From: an uncultured Bacillota bacterium
Lineage (GTDB): Bacteria; Sysuimicrobiota; Sysuimicrobiia; Sysuimicrobiales; Segetimicrobiaceae
Assembly (NCBI GenBank): GCA_963804645.1
Contig: CAWDRG010000017.1
Span: 768,001-832,000, forward strand
Direction: 5' to 3'
Length of the DNA stretch: 64,000 bases
Shown here in pieces: positions 47,852 through 57,097 of this stretch. Made by a program: the position numbers and the translations under genes. Under the pieces are notes generated by a model. It did not search any database. It worked only from the letters and a program-made list of their open reading frames with translations, and was not told the DNA's origin. Position 1 is the stretch's first letter. Each line of letters opens with the position of its first letter.

Positions 47852-48334
47852 TTAGAGTTTGTAGCCGATCTTCCGCAGCAGGCCGTGGCGCGCGGCGACG
47901 TCCTCGGGGCCTTCGACGCCGAGCGGGGGCTGCCCGTCCACGACGCCGAGGACGCCCCGCCCCTGTTCGGTCTCCGCGACGATCACCTCGAGCGGATTCG
48001 CGGTCGCGCAGTAGATCCGGCAGACCTCAGGCACCCGCCGCACCGCGTCGAGCACGTTGACCGGGTACGCGTTGCCGAGCATGATGAGGAACGCGTGGCC
48101 GCACCCGATCGCCTGCAGATTCCGCACGGCCAGCGCGACCAGCGCCGGATCGGTCCCGGTCGAGCGCACGAGCCGCGGTCCGCTCGCCTCGCAGAACGCG
48201 GCGCCGAACAGAATCCCGGGCACCGTGCCGACCAGCGCCTCGTGCAGATCCTCGATCGTCTTGATGAAGTGCGACTGCCCGAAGATCAGATTGAGACCGT
48301 CGGGGTTGTCGACGCGCACGACGAACATCTGCAT
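47852..48334 (-). CDS. Adenosine-specific kinase family (DUF355) protein
   Basis: GQSHFIKTIEDL, FCEASG, GCGH.F, CATANP, GRGVLGVVDG, IGYK. Confidence 0.9.
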   Translation of the reverse strand: MQMFVVRVDNPDGLNLIFGQSHFIKTIEDLHEALVGTVPGILFGAAFCEASGPRLVRSTGTDPALVALAVRNLQAIGCGHAFLIMLGNAYPVNVLDAVRRVPEVCRIYCATANPLEVIVAETEQGRGVLGVVDGQPPLGVEGPEDVAARHGLLRKIGYKL

Positions 48335-48483
48335 CCGCGTCCTCCGCGCTGCGTTCTGCACCCCTTCCTTCCTCCGCGCAGCGTGCCGTTCCTGGTGCGC
48401 AGCGCAGGGCGGCCGCCGGACGCCGTCGAACTCGCACGGCAGCCGGCCGGATCGTGCGAGCCGGCCGGCCGGGAGGCAGGCAG

Positions 48484-48906
48484 ATGCAAGCGACCGTGCG
48501 GTGGGAGGGCGGGCTCGCCTTCGGGGTCACGGCGGGATCCGGCGGCACGATCACCCTCGACACCACGCCGGAACACGGCGGCCGCGGGCCGTCGCCGATG
48601 GAAGCCCTCCTCGCCGCGCTCGGCGGGTGCACGGGGATGGACGTGGTGTCCGTCCTCCAGAAGATGCGCGCCCCCATCGAAGGTCTGGAGATCCAGATCT
48701 CCGGCGAGCGCGCGGCGGACCACCCCCGGGTCTTCACCCACATCACGCTGGAGTACGTGTTTACGGGCGCAGCCCTCACGTCCGACCAGGTGCGGCGGGC
48801 AGTCACGCTCAGTCAGGATCGCTACTGCTCGGTCTCGGCGATGATCCGCAAGGCGACCGCGCTGACGTATTCGTGGCGGATCGCCGGCACGCCGCATCAC
48901 GGCTAG
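48484..48906 (+). CDS. OsmC family protein (YhfA-like)
   Basis: GPSPME.LL.ALGGCTGMDV, YCSVS. Confidence 0.92.
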   Translation: MQATVRWEGGLAFGVTAGSGGTITLDTTPEHGGRGPSPMEALLAALGGCTGMDVVSVLQKMRAPIEGLEIQISGERAADHPRVFTHITLEYVFTGAALTSDQVRRAVTLSQDRYCSVSAMIRKATALTYSWRIAGTPHHG

Positions 48907-49030
48907 GCGCGCCACGCCCCGCCCGTACCTCCGGCCCGAGACGTTATAATCGTCCTGTGATGCGCCACATCGACACCGCGCCACACGCGGGATCCCGTTC
49001 GCCACGCGGCCGGCCCGGAGGAGCTCGCGC

Positions 49031-50782
49031 ATGGACGTAATCGAGACCCTCGATCGCCTGCTGGCCGAGGCATCGCCGCTCCCGACCGAACGCGTCGCCG
49101 CGTCCGAGTCGGACGGCCGGGTCGCCGCCGAAGACGTGCTGGCGGCGGTCCCGGTCCCGCATTTCCCCAGGGCCGCGATGGACGGGTACCTCTGCCATGA
49201 TGCCGACGTCCGCGACGCTTCCGCCGAACGCCCCGCGCGGCTCCGCATCACCGGCGCGGTCGAGATGGGCGAGCGACCCGGGCCCGGACCGGCGCTCGGA
49301 GAAACGTGGACGGTCCCCACCGGCGGCGCGATCCCGGCGCGCGGCGATCGCGTCGTCCCGCTCGAATGGGTCCGGGTGGACGATGGCATCGCGTCCATCG
49401 GGCGGCCGATCCGGGTGAAGACGAACATCTCCCCGGTCGGGGAGACGATCGCGGTGGGCGCACGCGTGGCGCAGGCGGGCGAGGTCATCGCACCGGCCGT
49501 CGCGGCCGCGCTGGTCGGCTGTGGGGTGCGCGACGTCGCCGTGCACCGCCGGGTGCGCGTGGCGGTCATCGCGACCGGCAGCGAGCTGGCGGATCCAGCC
49601 GCCTCGACGGCGCCGCTTCCGGCCGGCCACGTGTTCAACAGCAACTCCGTCGCGCTGCGCGGTATCCTCGAGGCCCTGAACTGCACGGTCGAGTACCGGG
49701 GCATCGCCCCGGACGAGCCCAAGGAGCTGCTGGCGGCGCTCACCGCCCTGCCCGGCCGGTACGACCTCGTGATCTCGTCGGGCGGCGTGTCGGTCGGGCG
49801 CCACGATGCCGTGCAGCGCACGTGGCTCGAACTCGGCGCCCGGCAGATCGCGGGGCGCGTCCCCCTGCGGCCCGGCGGGCCATTTTTCGCGGGGCGGCTC
49901 GGAAACGCGTGGGTCGCCGGGGTCTCCGGCACCCCGGTCGCGTGTCTTGCCGCGTTCCACCTGCTGGTGCAGCCGCTCGTGCGGCGGCTCCAGGGACGGC
50001 ACCGCGTGGTCCGGCCCGTCAGAACCGTACAGGTGTCCACGGCGCTCCCGCCCGCCGTCGACAAGATGCGCGCCTTGTGGGCGTGCCTGCCGAACGCGTC
50101 CGAGCACGCCGCGGAGGCGCAGGTGCTCACGGGGACCCCCGGAGGCGACTACGCGTCCGTCATCGGCGCGACGGCGCTTGTCCTGCTGCCCCCTGGTACG
50201 CCCGCCCTGCCGGCCGGATCGCGAGTACCCGCCCTGCTGCTCGACCAGGACGAGGATCGCGCCCGGCTGTCCCTGCCGCGGCCGGAGCCCGCCGCGACCG
50301 TCATCGGGGTCACCGGGGTGTCGGGCAGCGGCAAGACCACGGTGCTCGCCGCCATCGTGCGCCGCCTCGCCGCCGCGGGGCTACGGGTCGCGGTGGTGAA
50401 ACACGCGGCCCACGGCTTCGCCGCCGACCGCCCGGGAAGCGACAGCGCCCGGTTCGCCGATGCCGGCGCGCACGTGGTCGTCCTCGCCGGGCCGGACGAC
50501 ACCGTCCTGCGGATCGCGGCCGCCGTTGAGGACGGGACGCATGCCGCGCGCATCGCCGGGGACGCGGCCCGGGCGGCGTGGGGAGCGCCCCCGAACGTCA
50601 TCCTCATCGAGGGGTTCCAGCATCCCGAACGCCCCGTGATCCTCGTCGGAGACCAAAAGTCCGGCGCCGTCGGGCCGGTGCTCGCGACGATCGCCGCGGT
50701 GGACGGCGTGGCGCCGGATCGGCTCGAGGCCGAGATCGATCGGATCGCGAACTGCGTCCGCGCCCTCCTCGCGGCCCGCTGA
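49031..50782 (+). CDS. moeA: Molybdopterin molybdotransferase MoeA fused to C-terminal MobB
   Basis: AAMDGY, TGG.IP, ATGSEL, SSGGVSVG..D, PGGP, then GVSGSGKTT, VVKHAAH, DRPGSDS.RF..AGA, IEGF. Confidence 0.9.
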   Translation: MDVIETLDRLLAEASPLPTERVAASESDGRVAAEDVLAAVPVPHFPRAAMDGYLCHDADVRDASAERPARLRITGAVEMGERPGPGPALGETWTVPTGGAIPARGDRVVPLEWVRVDDGIASIGRPIRVKTNISPVGETIAVGARVAQAGEVIAPAVAAALVGCGVRDVAVHRRVRVAVIATGSELADPAASTAPLPAGHVFNSNSVALRGILEALNCTVEYRGIAPDEPKELLAALTALPGRYDLVISSGGVSVGRHDAVQRTWLELGARQIAGRVPLRPGGPFFAGRLGNAWVAGVSGTPVACLAAFHLLVQPLVRRLQGRHRVVRPVRTVQVSTALPPAVDKMRALWACLPNASEHAAEAQVLTGTPGGDYASVIGATALVLLPPGTPALPAGSRVPALLLDQDEDRARLSLPRPEPAATVIGVTGVSGSGKTTVLAAIVRRLAAAGLRVAVVKHAAHGFAADRPGSDSARFADAGAHVVVLAGPDDTVLRIAAAVEDGTHAARIAGDAARAAWGAPPNVILIEGFQHPERPVILVGDQKSGAVGPVLATIAAVDGVAPDRLEAEIDRIANCVRALLAAR

Positions 50783-50842
50783 CCGGCATCGCGGGGAGCC
50801 CCCGGAACACCGGCGGGCGACGCGGAGCGAGGGTCCCTCGCG

Positions 50843-51187
50843 TTACGCCGGCTTGGGGCGCGGCACCACCGGGGAGTAGTCGGTTGGGACGAGCACGCGA
50901 TCCTCGATCTCTCCGACAAGATCGCCGTGCACCGCGCTGGTTGCGCGCTTGATCTCCTTCCACTCCTCGTTCGCCATGAACGCCGCCCAGCCCGCGCGCA
51001 TCGCGGCCTCGTCCGGCCAGGCCAGCACGTAGACGAACTCGGTTCGCCGGGCCGTCTTCGCTTCCCACATCGCGACGATCTCGAACCCATGCCGCCGCAT
51101 GATCCGCGCGGCGTGATCGCGAAAGCGCTCGTGGAACGCCGTCTTGTTGCCCTCGAAGATCTCATAGATCCGGAGCTGGTGGATCAT
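50843..51187 (-). CDS. NIPSNAP family protein
   Basis: QLRIYE, FVYVLAW.D, W.AF..EEW, PTDYSP. Confidence 0.88.
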   Translation of the reverse strand: MIHQLRIYEIFEGNKTAFHERFRDHAARIMRRHGFEIVAMWEAKTARRTEFVYVLAWPDEAAMRAGWAAFMANEEWKEIKRATSAVHGDLVGEIEDRVLVPTDYSPVVPRPKPA

Positions 51188-51338
51188 GACGCATCCTCCC
51201 CTGACGCCGCGCGTGAGCGGAGCGGCGCCGCACACGGGCTGTCGGGGAAGGAAGTTGGCGGCCTCGTCGAAAAAGTCCCGTCCGGATGCCGCCGACCGCG
51301 GCGGCATATCCAAGCCACCCCGGGGGCCGCGCCCAGCC

Positions 51339-51722
51339 GTGAACATCGACCGGATTGACCATCTCGTCCTGACCGTCCGCGACGTCGAGGCCGCGTGCGC
51401 GTTCTACGCGCGCGTCCTCGCGATGTCCCCGGTCACGTTCGACGGCGGCCGCAGAGCACTGGCGTTCGGCGCCCAGAAGATCAATCTACATCAGGCCGGC
51501 GCCGAATACGAGCCAAAAGCCCTCCGCCCGACCCCGGGGTCGGGCGACTTCTGCCTGATCACGAAGACGCCAGTCGAGGACGTCGTCGCGCACCTGCGCG
51601 GCTGCGGCGTCGAGATCGTGGCCGGCCCCACTCCGAAACAGGGGGCCGCGGGCTCGCTCCGGTCCGTGTACTTCCGCGATCCGGACGGCAACCTGGTCGA
51701 GATCTCGAACTACATCGGGTGA
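51339..51722 (+). CDS. VOC family protein (YaeR/GLOD5-like)
   Basis: IDHLVLTV.D, FGAQKINLH, PTPGSGDFC, SVYFRDPDGNLVEISNY. Confidence 0.92.
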   Translation: MNIDRIDHLVLTVRDVEAACAFYARVLAMSPVTFDGGRRALAFGAQKINLHQAGAEYEPKALRPTPGSGDFCLITKTPVEDVVAHLRGCGVEIVAGPTPKQGAAGSLRSVYFRDPDGNLVEISNYIG

Positions 51723-51930
51723 CGATCCGGCGCGCGGACCGCTCGGGCCCGCGTGCCGGACACGGTCGACCCGCGGAGTCACCGGTCTTCGCGCGCGGCG
51801 GACAGACCGGGCCCGGCCGGGGCCCCCACGCCCCCGACGTTTCGTTGACGCGGCGCGGGGCCGGATGCTAGCATCACGGTGCGGCGCGCGCCCTGCACCA
51901 TGCGCGGCCGACGGCTCCGAGGGACACACC

Positions 51931-52833
51931 ATGACGCCGCGCCTCACACGGTCACCGGACCCCGGCAGCCTGCGGGCACCGCGCACCAGCACGGTGCGGC
52001 GGCGCGTGCTGCGGGCCACCGGCGGCACGGTGCGGGAGCGCACGGACGTCGTCGCGACCGAGGAGCCGCTCGAGATCCGTGTGTGGCCGCCCGACCAGCG
52101 CGCCGCGGTCCAGGTCGCGGTCACGATGCGCACGCCGGGCCACGACTTTGAGCTCGCGGCGGGCTTTCTCTTCACCGAGGGCATCGTCCGCGGCGCCGGC
52201 GCGATCCGGTCGATGAGCTACTGCACGGATCCGGCGCTCGACGGCGAGCAGCAGTACAACATCGTGAACGTGTTTCTGCGACCGCACGCCGCGTTCGATC
52301 TCACCCGGGCCACCCGTCACTTCTACGCGACGTCGAGCTGCGGCGTCTGCGGAAAGGCGTCGATCGATGCCATTCGCCTCGACGGCGTCGCCTCGGTGGC
52401 GGAGGACGATCTCGCCGTCGACGGCCGGGCGCTGGGCGGGTGCGTCGACCAGCTCCGCGCCGCCCAGTCCGTGTTCGACAAGACGGGCGGGCTCCACGCG
52501 GCGGGCCTGTTCGACGCCGCCGGACGCCTCGTGGCGTCGCGTGAGGACGTCGGCCGGCACAACGCCGTGGACAAGATCGTCGGCCGCGCGCTGCTCGGCG
52601 GCGCGGTACCGCTCCGCCGCCACCTCCTGCTCGTCAGCGGCCGGGCGAGCTTCGAGATCACGCAGAAGGCGGCGGCAGCGGGGATCCCGATCCTCGCCGC
52701 GGTCTCGGCACCGTCGAGCCTGGCGTGCGAGGCGGCGGAGGCGTTTGGGATGACGCTGGTCGGCTTCGTGCGGGGCGCCCAATTCAGCGTGTACACCGGG
52801 GCGCGACGGATCCGGCCGGACGGCCCGCAATGA
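51931..52833 (+). CDS. fdhD: Formate dehydrogenase accessory sulfurtransferase
   Basis: EEPLEI, TMRTPG.D.ELA.GFL.TEG, SSCGVCG, TGGLHAA, EDVGRHNAVDK, SGRAS. Confidence 0.96.
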   Translation: MTPRLTRSPDPGSLRAPRTSTVRRRVLRATGGTVRERTDVVATEEPLEIRVWPPDQRAAVQVAVTMRTPGHDFELAAGFLFTEGIVRGAGAIRSMSYCTDPALDGEQQYNIVNVFLRPHAAFDLTRATRHFYATSSCGVCGKASIDAIRLDGVASVAEDDLAVDGRALGGCVDQLRAAQSVFDKTGGLHAAGLFDAAGRLVASREDVGRHNAVDKIVGRALLGGAVPLRRHLLLVSGRASFEITQKAAAAGIPILAAVSAPSSLACEAAEAFGMTLVGFVRGAQFSVYTGARRIRPDGPQ

Positions 52834-52869
52834 GCCGGCGGGCGGCCTCGCGCTCCGGGGTCGTGGGAC

Positions 52870-52897
52870 TTGACTAGTTGGCTATAATGGGTACCGT
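52870..52897 (+). promoter_or_regulatory. Promoter-like sequence upstream of the basic/acidic small protein
   Basis: TTGACT at 52870, TATAAT at 52883 and TACCGT at 52892, in an AT-rich patch. Confidence 0.45.
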
Positions 52898-52918
52898 GAC
52901 TGAAGCGGAGGTGAGGGA

Positions 52919-53266
52919 ATGACCCGTAAGGCAACGACACGCGGGCGAAAGGTGAAAGCGGCGCGCCCCGCCAAGCAGGCGTCGCGCTCGACCACCCGCA
53001 CCGGCAAGAAGACGTCGAGCGCCCGCGCGACGAAGTCGACCGCCGCCACCGTCCAGCGCAAGCGGCCCGCGACGCGTACCGCCGCCGCCGTCCGCAAGAC
53101 CGAGCGCGCCGCCCGCCCCGAGGAGCTCAAGCCCGATTTGGTGCCGACGACGCACGCGGAGGACGACGACGAGATCGACTGGCTCGCCGAGGACGAGGAC
53201 CCGAGGAGCCAGATCGTCGAGGGCGACGACGACGACTGGAGCTCCAGCAACGAAGACGAGTGGTGA
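52919..53266 (+). CDS. Low-complexity protein with K/R/A/T-rich N-terminus and acidic Trp-containing C-terminus (histone H1-like)
   Basis: GGAGGTGAGGGA RBS; MTRKATTRGRKVKAARPAK...EDDDEIDWLAEDED..DDDDWSSSNEDEW. Confidence 0.75.
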   Translation: MTRKATTRGRKVKAARPAKQASRSTTRTGKKTSSARATKSTAATVQRKRPATRTAAAVRKTERAARPEELKPDLVPTTHAEDDDEIDWLAEDEDPRSQIVEGDDDDWSSSNEDEW

Positions 53267-53345
53267 CCGCCGAGACCACTCGTCCTCGGTCCCGGCCGGC
53301 TCGTTCGACCCCGCTCCCACCGGGACGCTGATCGTCCCGGGCGTG

Positions 53346-53603
53346 TTAGACCATCATCTCGTCCACGTAACACCAACGCCAGTCCTCACCCGGCTCGAAC
53401 GATTGCATGATCGGGTGGTGGACGGCGTGAAAGTGCTTGGTCGCGTGACGGTTCTTCGAGCTGTCGCAGCAGCCGACGTGTCCGCACGTGAGACAGAGCC
53501 GGAGATGGACCCACGTGTCCCCCATCTCCAGACACTCCTTGCACCCCTTGCCCGACGGAGTGACCTGACGGATCTGATCGGTGTGCCGGCATGTCTTCGC
53601 CAT
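53346..53603 (-). CDS. UBP-type zinc finger protein
   Basis: C.H, GC.ECL..G..WVHLRLC..CGHVGCCDSS..RHA..H, EPGE.W.WCYVD. Confidence 0.93.
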   Translation of the reverse strand: MAKTCRHTDQIRQVTPSGKGCKECLEMGDTWVHLRLCLTCGHVGCCDSSKNRHATKHFHAVHHPIMQSFEPGEDWRWCYVDEMMV

Positions 53604-53624
53604 AGCCCCTCCCTCGTTGCTATC

Positions 53625-54575
53625 CTACGTCCACCCGGTGCCGGGTCTGGGCCGCTCCAGCGCGGCGCGGTCCCAGCCGGCAAGATCCGCTCCAGCCTCG
53701 TACGCACTCTGCGCAAACTCGAGCAGCGCCCACCGCGGCGACGCCGCCGTCCGCATGCGCTCGTACGGGAAGAGAAACTCCCCGAGGCCCTTGTCGTACG
53801 ATGCGCCGGCCGGCTGGACCCCTGCGCGCTCTAACCCGGGCGGCGCCGGCGCCGTGTACGCGTAGAACGCGGGCTCCAGCACCGTCCCGCTGCCCGGCCA
53901 GAAGCCGACGCTGCTCACTTCGTGCGAGTACCCTTCGCGCGTCAGGAAGTCGGCGTCCTTGCCCGGCGGAGGCGACGCCCGCCGGCCGCTGAACCGCGAG
54001 ACCGCGAGGTCGAAGCTGCCCCAGAAGAAGTGCACCGGGCTGCACTTCCCCATGAACCGTCCCCGAAACGCCTTCAGCACCGTGTCCGCGGACGCGAGCA
54101 CGCGACAGAACCGGGTCGCGTACTCCGGGTCGTACGACGCGTGCTGGGTGTCCTCGGCGAACGGGATTGGATTCGGCACCTCGTCCGGGATCGCGACGAT
54201 CCTCACGCTGATCCCGAGCGCGTCGAGCGTCTCCATCACGTCCTTGTAGAAATCGGCCACCGTGCGGGGGGCGAGGCGCACACGCCGCGTGGCGCCGTCG
54301 GAGACGTCGATCACGAGCTCGTGGGCCAGAAAGTCAAACCGCATCTCGAAGGTCCCCGACCCGTAGGGAATCGCCGACGTGGTCAGGCCCCGCGGCGTCA
54401 CATAGAACGTGCTGTGCCAGTAGTGGTTGATCCGTCTCGTCAGCGTGAGCCGCACTTTGCCGACGATCTGCGTCCACATGTGCAGGGTGTCGCACGTATC
54501 CCGCCAGGCCTCGAGCGGAAGCGGCGGCCACGCGGCCGCGGAATCGGTCCAGCGCGGTACATCGGGCATGGTCAT
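53625..54575 (-). CDS. DUF5996 family protein
   Basis: TLHMWTQIVGKVRL, YVTPRGLTT, SPVHFFWGSFDLAVSRFSG, YSHEVSS.GFWPG. Confidence 0.88.
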   Translation of the reverse strand: MTMPDVPRWTDSAAAWPPLPLEAWRDTCDTLHMWTQIVGKVRLTLTRRINHYWHSTFYVTPRGLTTSAIPYGSGTFEMRFDFLAHELVIDVSDGATRRVRLAPRTVADFYKDVMETLDALGISVRIVAIPDEVPNPIPFAEDTQHASYDPEYATRFCRVLASADTVLKAFRGRFMGKCSPVHFFWGSFDLAVSRFSGRRASPPPGKDADFLTREGYSHEVSSVGFWPGSGTVLEPAFYAYTAPAPPGLERAGVQPAGASYDKGLGEFLFPYERMRTAASPRWALLEFAQSAYEAGADLAGWDRAALERPRPGTGWT

Positions 54576-54586
54576 GCCGGTCCCCC

Positions 54587-55276
54587 TCAGCGCGGGTGTG
54601 CGGAGCCGCCGAATGCGCCCGGCGCCCCGTCTTCCGATGCGGCCAGCCTCGCGACGATCTTCCTCGCCTCGTCGATCTCGTCCCGGTCGATCGTGTGCGG
54701 CAGCCCCGGATACCGGCGCAGCGTCACGTCCGCGCCGAGGCCGGAGAGCACCGACGCCGACTCCTCGACGCGCGCCCAGGGCACGTGAGGATCGGGATCC
54801 CCCGCCCCGAGAAACACCGGCGTCCCGGCAAGATCGCCTGGGTAGTGAAACCGCGTGCCCGGCGGCCCGATGAGGCCGCCGGTAAACCCGATCAGACCGC
54901 CGTAGCGCGCGGCGTTCCTCGCGACAAACTCAGTCGCCAGACACGCGCCCTGCGAAAACCCGGCCACGGCCACGCGGCGGGTCGGGATCCCCGCGCGGAC
55001 CGCCCGCTCGACCAGACCGGCCAGCACCTGCAGGGCGGAGCTGAGCCACGGCTCGTTGTCGGCAATCGGCGCCAGGAACGGCCGCGGGTACCAGGTACCG
55101 CCGGCCGCGTCCGGGGCGAGATACGCGAGCTCAGGCTGCCCAAACGCCTCGGCCAGGCCCAGAATGTCCTCCGCCGAAGCGCCCCGGCCGTGCACGAGAA
55201 TCACCGCGCCGGCCGCCGACTCGAGCGGACGCCCGCGCTGGAGCACCGGTTGATTCCGGTGGGGATCGGCCGTCAC
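54587..55276 (-). CDS. Phospholipase/carboxylesterase (alpha/beta hydrolase)
   Basis: HGRGASA, GFSQGA, DPHVP, HTI. Confidence 0.92.
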   Translation of the reverse strand: MTADPHRNQPVLQRGRPLESAAGAVILVHGRGASAEDILGLAEAFGQPELAYLAPDAAGGTWYPRPFLAPIADNEPWLSSALQVLAGLVERAVRAGIPTRRVAVAGFSQGACLATEFVARNAARYGGLIGFTGGLIGPPGTRFHYPGDLAGTPVFLGAGDPDPHVPWARVEESASVLSGLGADVTLRRYPGLPHTIDRDEIDEARKIVARLAASEDGAPGAFGGSAHPR

Positions 55277-55890
55277 GGCGTGCGGGCCCCCGGGACGTCC
55301 GCGCCTCCGTCGGCGCGCCGCACCCGCTCAAGATCGTCGGGCGTATCCACATCCCACGACGCCGGCCCCTCCCCGACGTCGACCTCCGCCAGGAGATCGG
55401 GATGCCCGCGGAGCAGCACGCGCGCGCCGACGTCTCCGTCGAGCGCGCGCGCCTCGTCAAACAGGTCCCGCCCAATCAGCATCGGCGCGCCGCGCACCGT
55501 CCCGTACCGCGACGCGACCAGCGGGCGGCCGGTGTCGCGGTGCGCGTCAATCAACGCGTTGATGATCTCGGGGCCCACAAACGGCTGGTCGCCGAGCATC
55601 ACCACAACCGCCTCGCACGCATCGGGGAGCGCGGCGATGCCGGCCGCGACCGAGGTCCCCATACCCTCGGCGTACCGCGGGTTCAGGACCGCGCGGGCGC
55701 CGGCCTCGCGGGCGGCGGCCGTAATGTCTTCGGCCCCCGCACCCACGACCACGAGCACGTCGTCGCACCGGGACGCGCGCGCCGCGCGGAGCACGCGCGC
55801 GAGCAGCGCCTCTCCGCCGACCGGGAGGAGCAGCTTGGGCGACCCCATCCGGACGGCACGGCCCGCGGCGAGCACCAGCGCCGCAATCAC
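55273..55890 (-). CDS. mocA: Molybdenum cofactor cytidylyltransferase-like nucleotidyltransferase
   Basis: VLAAG...RMG.PK.LL, N..Y.EGM.TS, LGDQP, GD.GAR, DVDTPDD; located in the xdhC/cox cluster. Confidence 0.85.
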   Translation of the reverse strand: MIAALVLAAGRAVRMGSPKLLLPVGGEALLARVLRAARASRCDDVLVVVGAGAEDITAAAREAGARAVLNPRYAEGMGTSVAAGIAALPDACEAVVVMLGDQPFVGPEIINALIDAHRDTGRPLVASRYGTVRGAPMLIGRDLFDEARALDGDVGARVLLRGHPDLLAEVDVGEGPASWDVDTPDDLERVRRADGGADVPGARTP

Positions 55891-55900
55891 GGGGCGAACC

Positions 55901-57097
55901 TCACTCCTGGCAGACGACGACGTTGCGCGCGGCCGCCGCGGTGCCGGCGGGCTCCGTCGCCGCGTGCGCGACCTCATGAATCGGGCCCGGACGCTCCCGG
56001 AGGGACACGGCCGCGCGTCCGTTCCGGACGGCCAGCATCTCGGCAAGCACGCTCAGCGCGATCTCTTCCGGCGTCTCGGCCCCGAGGTCGAGTCCGACCG
56101 GCGCGTACAGCCGGGCGCGCTGCGCGTCGTCCACGACGACACCTTCCTTGGCGAGGTCCGCGAGCAGACGCTCGGTCCGCCGCCGCGGCCCGAGCAGGCC
56201 GATGTAGCGGGCCGGGGTCCCGAGCAGGCCGCGCAGCAGGCCGAGATCGTGGAGGTAGTTGTGGGTCATCAGGATCACGAACGTCTCGGGGTCGATGCGC
56301 ACCTTCGTCGGGACGTCCGCGTCGTCGGTGAGCACCACCTCATCCGCCTCGGGAAACCGCTCCCGGCTCGCGAACGCCGGGCGGCTGTCCGCGACCATGA
56401 CCCACCATCCGAGCTCATGGCCCAGCCGGACGACGGGCAGCGTGTCGTGACCGGCCCCGCACACCAGCAGCGGCAGCGGCGAGGAGACGACCTCGACGAA
56501 CACCTCGACGGGGCCTCCCGGCGCCTCGAGCGTCAGCACCTCGGAACGGCCCACCGCGAGCTGGTCCCGAACGGCCGCCCGCGCGCGCGCGTCAAGCGCG
56601 GGATCGCCGAGCGTCCCCCGCACGCCGCCGCCGTCGGGGCCGGCGGGCACGATCAGGCGCGCGCCGACCTCCGCGCCGCCGGTGGGCGCCGCGATCACGG
56701 TGGCCAGCGCGATCGTGCGCCGATGCTCCACGCTGTCTCGGAGCAGCGCCACCGCCTCGTCCCCGCGCGCGTCAACCACGGCTTCGACGAACACGTCGAT
56801 CGCGCCGTTGCAGCCGAGGCCGAGCCCCCACACCGCGTCGTCGTCGGAGGTCATGTCGTAATTCACGAGCCGGGGACGGCCCGTCGCCAACACGTCGCGC
56901 GCGATTTCCGCCACATCGCCTTCCAGGCAGCCGCCGCTGATCGACCCGACGGTCCGCCCGCTGGCCTCAATCAAGAGGCGCGCGCCTTCCCGGCGGTACG
57001 TGGATCCGCGCACCCGGACCACCGTCGCGACCGCCGCGGGCTCGCCGCGGCCGCGCAGAGCTACCAGTTGGCTCAGAATATCGCGAAGCTCCCTCAT
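55901..57097 (-). CDS. xdhC: XdhC/CoxI family Moco chaperone
   Basis: GSTYRREGA, GSISGGCLE, GLGCNG, GAGHD, THN..D, YIGLLG, PVGLDLGAETPEEIALS. Confidence 0.93.
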   Translation of the reverse strand: MRELRDILSQLVALRGRGEPAAVATVVRVRGSTYRREGARLLIEASGRTVGSISGGCLEGDVAEIARDVLATGRPRLVNYDMTSDDDAVWGLGLGCNGAIDVFVEAVVDARGDEAVALLRDSVEHRRTIALATVIAAPTGGAEVGARLIVPAGPDGGGVRGTLGDPALDARARAAVRDQLAVGRSEVLTLEAPGGPVEVFVEVVSSPLPLLVCGAGHDTLPVVRLGHELGWWVMVADSRPAFASRERFPEADEVVLTDDADVPTKVRIDPETFVILMTHNYLHDLGLLRGLLGTPARYIGLLGPRRRTERLLADLAKEGVVVDDAQRARLYAPVGLDLGAETPEEIALSVLAEMLAVRNGRAAVSLRERPGPIHEVAHAATEPAGTAAAARNVVVCQE

